Source of the DNA: Azolla caroliniana
Taxonomy: Eukaryota; Plantae; Polypodiophyta
Assembly (NCBI GenBank): GCA_043228905.1
Contig: JBHGNT010000006.1
Coordinates: 22,692,001-22,756,000 of the forward strand
Direction of reading: 5' to 3'
DNA: 64,000 nt
Shown: in pieces, positions 35,261-47,379 of the stretch
Position numbering within the stretch: the first letter of the stretch is position 1
How the letters are laid out: every line of letters begins with the position of its first letter
Notes under the pieces: generated by a model
Database searches by the model: none
Seen by the model: only the letters and a program-made list of their open reading frames with translations
Told to the model about the DNA's origin: nothing
Made by a program: the position numbers and the translations under genes

Positions 35261-36388
35261 GCTGTCAAGTGGATACTCCGGTATTTGAAGGGCACTTCAA
35301 ATATGTGTCTCCGATTCGGCTCCGGAAAACCTCAACTGGATGGTTTCACCGATTCGGACATGTCGGCTGATGTGGATACTAGCCGGTCTACATCCGGGTA
35401 TGTGATGACATATGCAGGGGGAGCTGTTTTGTGGCAATCCAGGCTGCAGAAGACGGTTGCATTGTCAACCATAGAGGCGGAGTACATGGCGGCTGTGGAA
35501 GCCGGCAAGGAAATATTATGGATGAAGGACTTCATCGGAGAGCTCGGTATCCGGCAAGAGGAATACTGACTCTACTGCGACAGTCAAAGTGCCATCCACC
35601 TTGCTAAGAATGCGGCCTACCATTCCCGGACGAAGCATATCCAATGGAGGTATCACTGGATCCGGGAAAGAGTAGATGATCAAGAGTTCGCACTGACGAA
35701 GATCCACACGGCCGAGAACGGGTCAGATATGTTGACCAAAGTGCTGATACCCGACAAGCGGGATGCATGTCGGAAGAGGATCGGACTGGTAAGACACCCC
35801 ATGCCAGAGTGAAGGGGGAGTTTGTTGGGAGACAGGTCCCTCCGGATGGGAAGGGAGAAGAAACCATATGAGGAGTACCCGGCTACGGAGAGCCGGATGG
35901 TGCAGACCCGGTATGAACCGGAGGAAGAGACATATTCGTAAATATGTTTCTGAGAGCCCATCGTGGCTATATTTGTAAATAGCCGAAAAGTCATATTAGT
36001 ATAAATATGACTTAGGGCAAACTAATATTATGTTGGTTGTTGTTATTTTTCCCTTGTTGGTGCAAGAAGAAAAGAGAGTGCGTAACTGTACAGAGAGAGA
36101 GAGAGAGAGAGACGAGGTCGTTGCCTCTGTTGTAACCGCCGCCTGTGGCGAAGATCGTTAGCACGAGGTCGTTGGCTCTGTGAACTCACTGTTTTGTACA
36201 TTCTTACATAGTGACAGTTTGCAGCCAGTGGGCTGCCGTGGTTTTTCCCCTAGTTTGGGGTTTTCCACGTTAACCTCCTGTGTATTCTTCCTCTCCTTTG
36301 TGTTGCGCTTCATTTCTCGTTTTGTGTGTATGAAAAGAATCTCGGTTGTGGCCGAGCGTTGGACATAAGGAGCTAGGAGTTCCCGTCA
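35261..36388 (+). mobile_element. 3' end of another Copia family A element: RNase H, PPT and 3' LTR (35823-36388)
   Basis: AVKWILRYLKGT...SADVDTSRSTSGY...ENGSDMLTK; PPT GAAGGGGGAG+TT before TGTTGGG at 35823; LTR ends TCCCGTCA. Confidence 0.93.
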
Positions 36389-36660
36389 CATAGTTAGTAA
36401 AGTAGCTAATTGGCTATCCTAGCTACTACCATAGTTGAGTAAAGTAGCTAATTAGCTATCCTAGCTACTACCATAGTTGAGTAAAGTAGCTAATTAGCTA
36501 CCATAGTAGCTAATTAGCTATCCTAACTACTACCATAGTTGAGTAAAGTAGCTAATTAGCTATCCTAGCTACTACCATAGTTGAGTAAAGTAGCTAATTA
36601 GCTATCCTAGCTACTACCATAGTTTAGTAAAGTAGCTAATTAGCTATCCTAAATAGCTGC
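36389..36660. repeat. 42-bp tandem repeat built on palindrome TAGCTAATTAGCTA
   Basis: Units CCATAGTTGAGTAAAGTAGCTAATTAGCTATCCTAGCTACTA at 36429, 36471, etc. Confidence 0.93.
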
Positions 36661-36672
36661 CATGTTATTGTA

Positions 36673-38474
36673 GAATCTTGTGGATTAAGGACGACACATG
36701 ATGTGTCTGGTGTTGATGATGCTGCAACAGATGAGGATACTGCTGCCAACGTGGCTGAAAGTAAGAGTCCTGCTATCACATCTCCTTCAGATCAGCTCCA
36801 CCCTATTCTTTTGGAATATTGTACTGAATTAGGCAACGATGTGAAATGCCATGAAATAGTGGAAACAACATGTAAAACTGAGGTTCACAACAACAGTGTT
36901 TATGAACACTTGATGCAACATTTCTTTGAATCTCAAGACCTTGATTCCATTAAACCGAGCCCAACTACTGAAAATGTCCAAACAGATCCCTCTGTACTTG
37001 AAAAGCTAGCGCAAGAAACGGCTGCTGTGCAATTAGCTGCTGAGGCGATGGGAAGGTTGTTGGAGGAGGACACACTTGCGCATTGGGTAAAAGAAGCAAG
37101 GTTAAATGGGCAACTGACCAGAAAAAGGCTGAAGAAGGGGCCACGATCGGGAACAAGACTAGTTACTCGGTCAAGGGGCCCAGACGTAGTGGAGCAAAAT
37201 ACTGTTTAGTTGGATATGATTGTTAGCTTAGGGATTTTGCTAGGGTTTTAGGAAGTTTTACTATCTTGTTGGACAAGTAAAACCTCAGATTGGTTGTTGC
37301 TTGATCCACATTATGTAATGGAACTCTATGATGTTTTTCCAAGATAATTTGAAGAGTGTTGTTCTATGACTAAAACTCTTTGATGTTCAGGATATTGTTT
37401 TGTGAGACTGTTAGTTACTTTGTGAGTGTGAATATGTTGGTGTTTTCTGATGTTGTAGAGTCTAAAGGGTTTGATTCTATTGCTCCTAAGGCCAATGGCA
37501 GTGTGGATATTGTTGATGTTGCGACGTGTTTAAAGGGCCCCATCTTGAAAGTAGATGTAGCAACTGACACAAGTGATCTGGTCACACAAGTTGATCAAGC
37601 ATGTTGCACGGATGACATGATGTTGCAGGTAGATGCCGCATGTTGCACGGATGACTTGATATTGCAGGTAGATGCAGCATGTGATACCAGTGGATTGATA
37701 TCGAGCAGATCACTAGCTACATGCACCGAGGTAATCCAAGGATTGATAACTAAGTCGACAAAACAAGCGCACCAGAATGTGAAGCTAGGCCCAACACAGT
37801 CGACTAGGGGTTTGAAGAGGAAAAGGACGCCAGTTGTGTCGGCTGAACCTGAGCTGATTGAGATTGATCGTGTCCTACCAGAAAATGGTGTAACAACGGC
37901 TCAGTTTCAGGAATGGAAACCTAAACCACTAGAAGTCGAAAGAAGAGCCTTGATCTTGGAGCTTGATAAAGTCTTGATGAGTGTGAGATATATGCAACCA
38001 AGGAGGGACATGAATCAATTTCTAGAATGGGTTGTGCAATACTTTGATTTGTTTATTTGGAGTGAAAAACCAAAATCAGATGTGTGGAAGTGTTTAACAA
38101 GATTCTTCCCAAAATGGCGAAGTCATTTTAAAGGTCAATGGGCACGAGAAAATTGTGAGCAAATGGAAGCTGCAAGACTCAAGAGACTTTCTGATTTTTG
38201 GGCTACTTGGCCTGAATATAATGCCGACAACACATTGATTTTGGATACAGAACATTTCCGGCACTACTTCAATATTCGGAGATGCTGTCTCATTCTACCC
38301 GAGGAAATGCCTGAACAGTACCTGGTGCAAACAGTGAGCTGCCAACTAGGTGCATGGTTGTGGACTCCATACTGAGCTCGATATGCGGATAATACATGTA
38401 GACTCGTTCCACTGACTAGCAAGAGCTTAGCTGTTTATAGGAGATTTGTAGACATTTTCAATGGTAATTTATAA
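36673..38474 (+). pseudogene. Cargo gene ending in an FCP1/SCP (NLI-interacting-factor) HAD phosphatase-like domain
   Basis: RALILELDKVL...PRRDMNQFLEWVVQYFDLFIWS...YNADNTLILD matches the NIF fold pattern LxLDLDxTL...RP...FL...F...IWS...NTLLIDD; exon structure uncertain (acceptors ~36672, ~37458); TGA at 38373 possibly premature. Confidence 0.55.
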
Positions 38475-38822
38475 ATATGTAAAGAGATGACATTATTCAA
38501 TGAAGAATTTAATTACTTGTTCCCATTGTACTTATCTACTGTGTAATTTGAGGAATATGTTGCAGATTGTTGATTTCATGCTATTGATGACTATTTAGCT
38601 ATTGACAGCTAAATAGCTGCATTTGTACAGCTAATTAGCTACTGATGACTATTTCGCTATAACTTATAACTTAAAACTTAACAAAAAAGACATGATTTTA
38701 TTGAGAAAGAAGCACAAAAAGCAGACTGTATACAAGAAATTGATTGTCAAACGAATTTACTTAACTGTTTTCGCGAAATACATGTTTGTTTTACAAGAGA
38801 ACATGGTAATTGCTACTTGTAT

Positions 38823-40664
38823 CTACAAATTCCATGGCATACTATTGTAAATACATTTATACACATTAGCACCAACAGTGTATAAACCTGAGCAGCTATT
38901 GTATTCTGACATTGGGACGTTGATGCACCTGACCAAATTAGAGTACATGTACGCCGCTGGTTTGTCTTCTAACAGCCTAAACACATATTCGTAGTCATCT
39001 AGTTTTGCATAAAAAATGCCTTCGATGTAGAATGTCCCGGCAAATACAAAATTTCCCCATGCCTCTACAATATTTTGCCTTGCACACTGTTTACTAACCG
39101 TGCACTTCAATATATAGAAATCAGCACCCTCTGAATTGCCTTCTTCAGCATTTACAGCGAAGTTATCCCCAACGTTCAGGACATCACTCAAAGTATCTCC
39201 AAGTCCCTCATATGTGAAGTCAGCATTTTGCCTTGTTTCTCCATCAACTGCTTCCTTATCATTCAGAGTGTGATACTCCCAATTCTGAATGTATGCTTTG
39301 TTTAGACAATATCTCCAATTTCCCTTCACACAATGGAAGCAAAAACAAGTCAATTCTCTAACCGCAATACAATGACCATCCAACCTGGAATAACCGCGAA
39401 CAACATGCAGAGATCACAATTCGGGAATTCCTTGGCACTCCCAGGTCTTCTCCCTATTTACTTCATCTATCTTCACTTCCCAAAATTCACGTTTGATATC
39501 TCGGACTTGCGAGGAATAAACACTTGTTGCACTCGTTGACATATTTGTTCTTAAAAATTCAACTACATGTGATGCACAATTCATGTGCACACCATCTGTC
39601 TTTAGTTGTTCATGGGTAAGTGCCCGCTTTATAATAGCCCCTACACCATCATGTTCACCTTTACCATGGCCAGACCCAAAAAAATTCCATCTCATTTCCA
39701 AACCTGTTATAGCAGGATACCTCCCCACAAAATAAAATGGACGTCGAGCCTTGAATTATGACGCAGCTCTGTCAGACCAGACCCAATGTTGAGTAAGCTC
39801 CAAATGTTGAGCTAATAACCACTGCCAATGTAACTTAAAACAGTGTTGGACGAACAAGGTATCATGCTTCATATCATCAGAAATAAAGAAATGAATTACT
39901 TTTTTAACATCACCTGAAACTCGAAAATATGTTATGTGCACAAAAATGGTTACCTGAACTGAACACCAATGCATAGATTGAATTTCATTCTGCTGCTTGA
40001 AAGTATAATTCTTTGCGAAATCTACTACTGAGACTACTACATCATTTGAGAAATCAGATATGTAAGTCTTAAACTGATGGGCTTGCCATGAATAAATGAA
40101 GTTGTGTTTAATGAACTTTCCTAGAGATACTACAAACAGAGACACCAAATCCCTTGGTTTAAGCATCTTCCGAACTAGATCCTTTCTTTTACACACCTTT
40201 CCTTCGAAATTGGTGTTCACTGACTCAAATAACTTCACAGAGATCAATATTTCACTACTCAATTCATTTGGACACCACCTAAATCTAATAGGGCCACAAT
40301 CTTGACATAAACCCATGACACATTTATGACTATGGAAGATAGCGTCAGTTTCTCTCGGACACAATATTGAATCTAATAAATAACTCATGGAAGAGATAAC
40401 GTGTTCAGATGATTTACACTCCTCTTGTGGGTTTGATCGACAAATTGGGCACCCACATGTGCAAACTGTATTAGTTAGGGATGCACTATGGTGACGTAGT
40501 AGATTAACAGAGTCCTTCAGAAAACCCATCTGTACATGGTAAATGCAACAACGTGTGTATCGATCCTTTAAGCGTCTCACAAAGTGTGGCTTAAGAGACT
40601 TGAATGTTCATAGTTGAACTTTGATATTTGGATGCATTCGTTTGAACCTAATAAATAAATCGAC
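38823..40664 (-). pseudogene. Sola2-like transposase exon 2 (Cys-rich region, catalytic core, CxCxxC)
   Basis: Single frame from acceptor ACACAG|GTC at 40664 to TAG 38823, broken only by TGA ~40610, TAA 39756 and TGA 39414. Confidence 0.75.
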
Positions 40665-40679
40665 CTGTGTAATAAAGGG

Positions 40680-41600
40680 GAATTAGTTATTCTCGTAACT
40701 AGCTAACTATCCTAGTAGCTAATTAGCTATCATGGTAGCTAATTAGCTATCCTAGTAGCTAATTAGCTGGTCTAGTAGCTAATTAGCTATCATGGTAGCT
40801 AATTAGCTGTCCTTGTAGCTAATTAGGTTTCCTAGTAGCTAATTAGTTATCATGGTAGCTAATTAGCTGGTCTAGTACCTAATTAGCTATATGGTGGCTA
40901 ATTAGCTGTCCTAGTAGCTAATTAGCTATCATGGTAGCTAATTAGCTTTCCTAGTAGCTAATTAGCTGGTAATAACGAAATTAGCTATCCTAGTAGCTAA
41001 TTAGCTGTCCTAGTAGCTAATTAGCTATTCTAGTAGCTAATTACCTATCATGGTATCATAGTAGCTATCCTAGTACCTAATTAGCTATCATGGTAGCTAA
41101 TTAGGTTTCCTAGTAGCTAATTAGTTGGTAATAACTAGAGTAGCTAACTATCATAGTAGCTAATTAGCTATCATGGTAGCTAATTACCTATTCTAATAGC
41201 TAATTAGCTAATTACCTATTCTAATAGCTAATTAGCTAATTACCTATTCTAATAGCTAATTAGCTAATTACCTATTCTAATTAGCTATTCTAGTAGCTAT
41301 TTAGCTATCATGGTAGCTAAAACCCTATTCTAATAGCTAATTAGCTATCCTAAAAGCTAATTAGCTATTTTGGTAGCTAATTATCTGGTAATAACTAAAT
41401 TAGCTATTGAGAATAGCTAATTAGCTATCATGGTAGCTAGTTAGCTATTTTGGTAGCTAATTATCTGGTAGTAACTAAATTAGCTATTGAGAATAGCTAA
41501 TTAGCTATCATGGTAGTAGCTATTGAGAGTAGCCAGTTACCTATGTAGTAGCTATCCTAGTAGCTAACTGAGGTAAATGTAATTGATAAGCTAATTAGCT
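40680..41600. repeat. ~20-bp palindromic satellite (TAGCTAATTAGCTATCCTAG / ...ATCATGG) filling the transposase intron
   Basis: Dozens of TAGCTAATTAGCTA-based units lie between donor (41668) and acceptor (40665). Confidence 0.95.
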
Positions 41601-41668
41601 TTTCTGCTAACTGAGCTAATTAACTTTCCGTGTAGAGTCAAAACAAATGTTGAGATAAATGTAAATAC

Positions 41669-42407
41669 CTGAGGTACATCAAGAAGATGAATGGGATGCT
41701 CCTCGTATTGATTTCTTCCAACACGTTTCCTGCATAAATCCTTTTTATTGGATGAAACCCTACTCTCATTAGTCCAAAACATTGTGATTACATCCTTGAT
41801 TTCAAACGTTATGGGTGTCATTGGCTTACATCTTGTAGTTAGCTTTAGTAGACTAGTTCCTTCACCCGAGGAAATTATACGGTTCATTGTATTGTACACT
41901 GTTTTTCTACTAACACCAATTACCTTAGATAGCTCACTGATGTTTATATCGTCAACATCACTATTAAGTAACATCATTAGACTAGACCTTTTTAAGACAA
42001 GATCATCTTCTGACATGCTCATGGATACGAAACTATTACGAAGATTATTTACTAAAATAGATGATATGTTTGCATTAAGACCATTACAATCAACTAAGTC
42101 CTTTATCGATGGATCATTACATATTCCATAAAGTACTACCTTCTTTTCTTCATTGCTGATGTGCTTGGTTTGAACATTGAAATAGTCTACAATCTTTCTC
42201 TCTATGATGATAGTCGCATTACTTACATTCTCAGCTAAACTATCCTTACCTTTACTGAGTGTGGCTTTCGTATCCTTCAACAATTGACGATGTTTCCTTC
42301 TTTTTTTCTGCCCAATAGTTTCGTATGGCTTGTTGTGTCCTAATAGCATCATCCCTATCCTTATGATCATTGAGGGGTAATTCTAAACACCCTTCTTCCC
42401 CTTCCAT
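41669..42407 (-). pseudogene. Sola2-like transposase exon 1 (HTH-like region)
   Basis: ...ISELSKVIGVSRKTVYN...FWTNESRVSSNKKD...LLDVPQ|GTATTT phase-0 donor; likely ATG 42407 with a frameshift in the A-run near 42301-42307. Confidence 0.65.
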
Positions 42408-42869
42408 TTGGCTGGACATATTAAAACCCTAAATTTCTAGAAAAAAAAAAAAGTATTTAAGATGGCTATGGGCAACAACAATACACAAAAATATTCCACA
42501 ATACACAAGATTAGATACAACAATACACAAGATAATCAATAGATAGAAAAGTTATTGCAATCCAAGACTGAACAGTAGAGGAGTTCACTCCGTTGGATCG
42601 AACAGTTGAGGAGGCGATCTAGGACCGACCAATGGCGACAACTGAGTGTAGAATGTTGTCGTTGGATGAGTGAACTCTGTCAAATCGAAATGTGGAAGCA
42701 ATCCAGGACTGGACAGTAGCGGCAACTGAGTGTAGAATGATGGCAATGGAGGAGAGAACCCCGTCAGATTGAACAGATAGCGATGATGCTTGGAATGCAC
42801 AGAGAAGGCACCTGAGAGTAGAATGGCAGCAGTGGAGTTGTTAACGCCGTCGGGTCGAAAAGTGGCAGC

Positions 42870-43318
42870 AATACATTCACAGTAGCGGCCCCTAAGTGTA
42901 GAGTGGCACAGAGAAGAGAACCTTGTCAGATTGAACATTTACCGATGATGCTTGGAACACAAAGTAGCGGCCCCTGAGTGTAGAGTAGCACAGAGAAGAG
43001 AACCCCGTCAGATTGAACAGTTACCGATGATGCTTGGAACGCAGAGTAGCGGCCCTTGAGTGTAGAGTGGCACAAAGAAGAGAACCCCGTCAGATTGAAC
43101 AGTTACCGATGATGCTTGGAACGCACAGTAGTGGCCCCTGAGTGTAGAGTGGCACAAAGAAGAGAACCCTGTCAGATTGAATAGTTACTGATGATGCTTG
43201 GAACACACAATAGCGGTCCCTGAGTGTAGAGTGGCACAGAGAAGAGAACCCCGTAAGATTGAACAACTCTTTGATGATGCTTGGAACGCACAGTAGCGGC
43301 CCCTGAGTGTAGAGTGGT
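42870..43318. repeat. 82-bp tandem repeat, ~5.4 copies (degenerate copies back to ~42580), upstream of transposase
   Basis: Units at 42881, 42963, 43045, 43127, 43209, 43292. Confidence 0.93.
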
Positions 43319-43670
43319 GGCAGGTGGACTCGATAGGGTTTAGCAACAGTGGTAGCAACTAACCCACAATACTCAACTAGAGATGGCCTACGTGATGTGG
43401 CAAAGGATCATGCATAATGGACCTAGGAATTCGATATATAATTTATGGTACACATTTATGGTGCACATATCAATTTATGTTGCACGTTTATGTTGCACAT
43501 TTATGGCACTCATTCACATATGTAATTAAAATAGACTAGTATTTTCAATGGTAGTTTTTTGCATAGTTAATTTATTAATGATGAATTTTTACTAAAATGA
43601 CTATTTATCAATGGTAGCTTTTTGCATAGCTAATTAGCTATGTCAAGGACATAGCTAATTGTTTCCACTC

Positions 43671-46600
43671 TCATGCTTTCACCCTGAAACATTCACTCCT
43701 CTTCAAGGAGAAGGAAATCCTCCTTTCCAACTCGTAGCTTCCCGTTCGTCTCTTTGGTGAAGAAATGACCTATCTTCTTCAGATCTCTTAAGCTTGGATC
43801 GTTAGCGACTTCCTTCATCTTTTGCCAGCTATCTTCCGGTAGCAGAAGCGCAACTGGCTTGATCTTCTTATCCACCGTTTTATATTTCGTGTTGATGTCA
43901 GCTTCCTTCATTGAGATGCCTTGACGGTATTCATCGATGATAGCGTACATGTTGACGGAGTTAACCAAAATCACATGTTGGTCGTGAAGATAGCTCAAGT
44001 CCACGGCGTCCTCGATTTCACCGATGGTGTCGTTAAATGAGGGTTCTTCCATAATATGAGTCACGAACTCTCCTTCTTCTATTATGTTTTCTTCTTTCAG
44101 CATCTTCTCGAATTCTTGTATCCAACGCTTGTCCTTCTTGTCAGGTAGTACTAGTTTACATGCGCCACTAGGTGTGACACATGTTGCTTCTCCTCACAAT
44201 CCACGCACTCTTCTTCCTTGTGGGGTCTTGTGATTGCTTGGACTATTTGTGCCCCATGCTTCAATAGTCTGCTCTAAAAATCCGAGGATTCGCCTCCGAG
44301 ACTATCTCGATTCCTTTCATGATTGGCTCGCACCGTTAGGAATTGGACCGATCTTTGGTTATCAAGACTCTTTATTTGTACGAAGGCTGCTCCATTATCG
44401 AACACTTTGGTCTCCATCCTAGATGATGTGATATACGGTTGCCCTAGGATGACAGGATGTGACGCCGATTCTTGTACGAAGAAGTGTTGATCCATCTCCA
44501 CATCCCCGATCGTGACTTTGACATTGGGACAAGATCCATACAAGTCCTCCATAGACTTTGTTGCCGCGCGAATCTTCCATCCGTGGTTTGTATTGATTGG
44601 CCATCTTCCTTTTTTGTAGAAGTCGGTTGACATGAGGTTGATCTTCGAGCTGTGGTCGATCAAACCTACCACGGTCTCTTTCTTCTCCCCGATCTTTACC
44701 GGCGTCTCCGTTGCCGCTCGTGCCCAATGAGCTCGAATATAGTGGTTGTCCACCATATCTTCATCGACTTCGTATCTTGCCATCGTTATGGCATTCGTTT
44801 TTGCTTTTTGTGGCTTCTCTTCTTCCTCGTCCGATTGTTGTCTCTTTCTCTTTACAAGGTCCACAATCGTGTCATGGAACTCCTTCTTCGTAATGCCGAG
44901 TAATTCCCTCAAGGACAAAGTCACGTGGCTATCAAGAACTCGTTCTTCGAGAATCTTCTTTAGGTCCGTCGTTTTCTCTATGTCCGACCTTAGCTTATAG
45001 GTAGGCATAGTCCTTGTCCTCCAAGCGGGGTCTTCGACACCAACCTTCATGGGCCAAACCGTTTCTTCAACTCGTATGCTTGGCTCCCCTTTTCGGCTCG
45101 ATTCTCGTTCCTCCGTTTGTAAAGGTCGACTTGTCTCCGCTTCGTCCTTCTTTTTCGCGTCCCTTGTTTCATGTCTTTTTTATGGTCCTTGCTCTTCTAT
45201 TCTTTTTCTCTTTTCTTCAACGAACACCTCGTGGTTGTCACACATCACCTCCGCGAGTATGGTGTTGTTGTCCACCGGATCCGACCATCCGGTTATACTT
45301 TGTACACTTCGATACTCAAGCTCTACGTCGTTCGAAGTGAATTTTCCCTTCTTCTCATATTCGAGAACAGAAGTCCAAAACTTTGCTCCCGCTCTAGCAG
45401 CTTCAGTCTTGTCTCTCCCGACTCTTATTCAAGCCGACGTAGCTTAGTGCATCGCATCCACATGAGACACATCGACATCCTCCATAGCTTTCTTCATTCC
45501 TCCTCTTCCGAAATTCACCCGTAAGGGTCTTCTAGTCTCACTCGAGCAGATCATGTTATTTTGTCGGATCGCCTCTCGAAGGCTCGCGCAATCCCTTCTC
45601 ATGTGGTCCATGCTATCGCACCACACGCATCTAGTGTGACCTTCTCGAACTTCTTCGCTAGCTCTTCGATGACATCATCACCAATCTTCTTTTCTTCCAC
45701 TTCACTTTGTTTTGGCGGCTCAACTACTTTCGGCGGTCTTGCTTTCTCCGTGACAGTTTATCCCGTCAAGTCGGCAGCGTCAACCCATTGGCGACGCTCG
45801 TCTTCGAGAAGTGTCCCCAATTCTCGTTTATCCTTCATGTCCACAACTTTCAAGAAGTACAAAGTCTTGTCCTCTTCAAGCAACAGTTGGTCCGTGTTGG
45901 GGAGATGACTAAACATCTAGTCGAATTCGTCGTACACCCTCGAGACGCTCATCTTCTTATTCTTCTTCTCTATCCACTTCATTAGGGCATGTCGAGTCAT
46001 CCTCCTTGAGTCTTCAGTCGCGAACTCTGCTAGTATCGTTTTCTCGAACTCGAACCATGTTGTCTTACCTTCTTGAAGTTCGATGACGCATCTTTGGACG
46101 TTGTTGGCGACAACACTCTTGAAGCTTGCAATTTGACGTGCTTCGGACATGTCCCTCTGATTCATCTCCCTTCTATATGTATCAAGGAACTTCGTAACGT
46201 TCCTTTCATCGAATTGACCCTCGAGCTCTACGACACGGTCGACGGCCTTCTCCACGCTCGCATCGTTGTCTCGAGATCTCATCATTTGTTCGACGATTAG
46301 CATCATCCTTTCGAGCTCTCCCGCTTGGTTGCTTGAGGACGCCATCTCCAAGTATTAATCTCGGCTTGATCCTTCCTACCGCCTCTTTCACGTCGGGTTC
46401 ACCACTTAATTATGTCGTGAAGATCCGTCACTAGGCGCGGATCGTGAGGCGGAACCGCCGGGGTTCTGGACCGGAAAGATCGAAGTTCGCACCAAGCTTA
46501 GCGAGAAAGTATTTAGGATAGATTGAGAGAGAGAAAGAGATTAAGATTAAACGCTTGACTTAGATTGACAAAGATTGATATGGCCAAGAGAGAGATATTG

Positions 46601-47112
46601 AGATTAAGATTTTAACTCTTGATTTTAGATTTTAAGAAACAAGTTACACGATCAATTCGAGAACGAATTCTCTTCTTCTTAATTTCATAACCAAAAAAAG
46701 TCTACCCCTTTTTCTTTTTCATCCCTTCTTTTATAGATGCTCTCATGCATATGATACATGTGAGGGTACAAGACATGCATAAAATGCATGTTTGCCATTT
46801 GGCGCTCATGTATTACATGTGGTGGATGATAACCATGTCACTCATTTTAGCTCTTATGTATGAGAATTTCCATATAAAAGTACAATGATAGAAATATAAA
46901 TTCAACTAAATGTCATGGCTTAGTGGTAAGCCTATTGACTCTTAACTAGGAGGTACTCTGCTGCCGCCTCGCCGGCTCTGTTGGATGCCGATTCCGCCGA
47001 ATCACGGATAGCCGGTTACCGTCCAGTTCCGTTTTGGTAGGCCAAAACCTTTACGAGTGGCTAAGCCACCTCCACTCAAGTTCAAGTTACCTTGAACTCT
47101 CTATGCTCAACA
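43671..47112 (-). mobile_element. 5' half of Gypsy DHG-lineage copy 2: LTR (~46410-47112), tRNA-Trp PBS, gag, PR, start of RT
   Basis: TGTTGAGC.. start at 47112; PBS at 46389-46404; gag ATG 46351, CVWCDSMDHMRRDC, LIDHSSKINLM, TKYKTVDKKIKPVA homologous to copy 1. Confidence 0.88.
46389..46404 (-). other. Primer-binding site complementary to the tRNA-Trp 3' end
   Basis: Plus strand CACGTCGGGTTCACCA equals the 3' end of plant cytosolic tRNA-Trp as recalled; minus strand TGGTGAACCCGACGTG. Confidence 0.8.
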
Positions 47113-47379
47113 CATAGACACAAAGATAATAGTTTTTGCTCTACCTTATATATGATGAGAGCCGTATTTGTCGTGCCTATGTGGGATATCTCATAGTTTT
47201 CTCTTTCCCTTTCACAAACTTTATACCCTCATATCTTGACATCTAATTGTCCGTTTCTCATGTAATAAAGTGCATTCGAAAGCTCTTGAAGACCTCCATC
47301 ATTTTGTACTTAGATACCTCACTATTATTGTTTTATGTGATTCATACTTGATTTTGTACGTTTTATGTGATTTTCACAT

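Larger units (their letters stand above)
36389..43670 (-). mobile_element. Sola2-like DDD DNA transposon (left end lost), with cargo ORF and internal satellites
   Basis: Transposase motifs DFAKNY, EIQSMHW, HD, WSD..AS(Q)FK, FFGSGHGKGEHDGVG; right terminus reads 5'-GAGTGGAAAC on minus at 43670, exactly where flanking Gypsy sequence begins. Confidence 0.65.

Noticed and set aside
20967-36388. LTRs at 20967 and 35823 as the two ends of one giant nested Copia
   Set aside because: No PBS or gag after 21601, host ORF is continuous across the first LTR, the LTRs are diverged, and outer flanks (TGGCA versus CATAG) do not match
38823-40664. U-to-C RNA editing restoring TAA/TGA stops
   Set aside because: That editing is organellar in ferns, hornworts and some lycophytes; this is nuclear TE DNA, where methyl-C deamination explains the pattern
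36389-47117. CATAG after 36388 and after 47112 as a TSD pair
   Set aside because: Both are right-hand flanks of unrelated LTRs; coincidence
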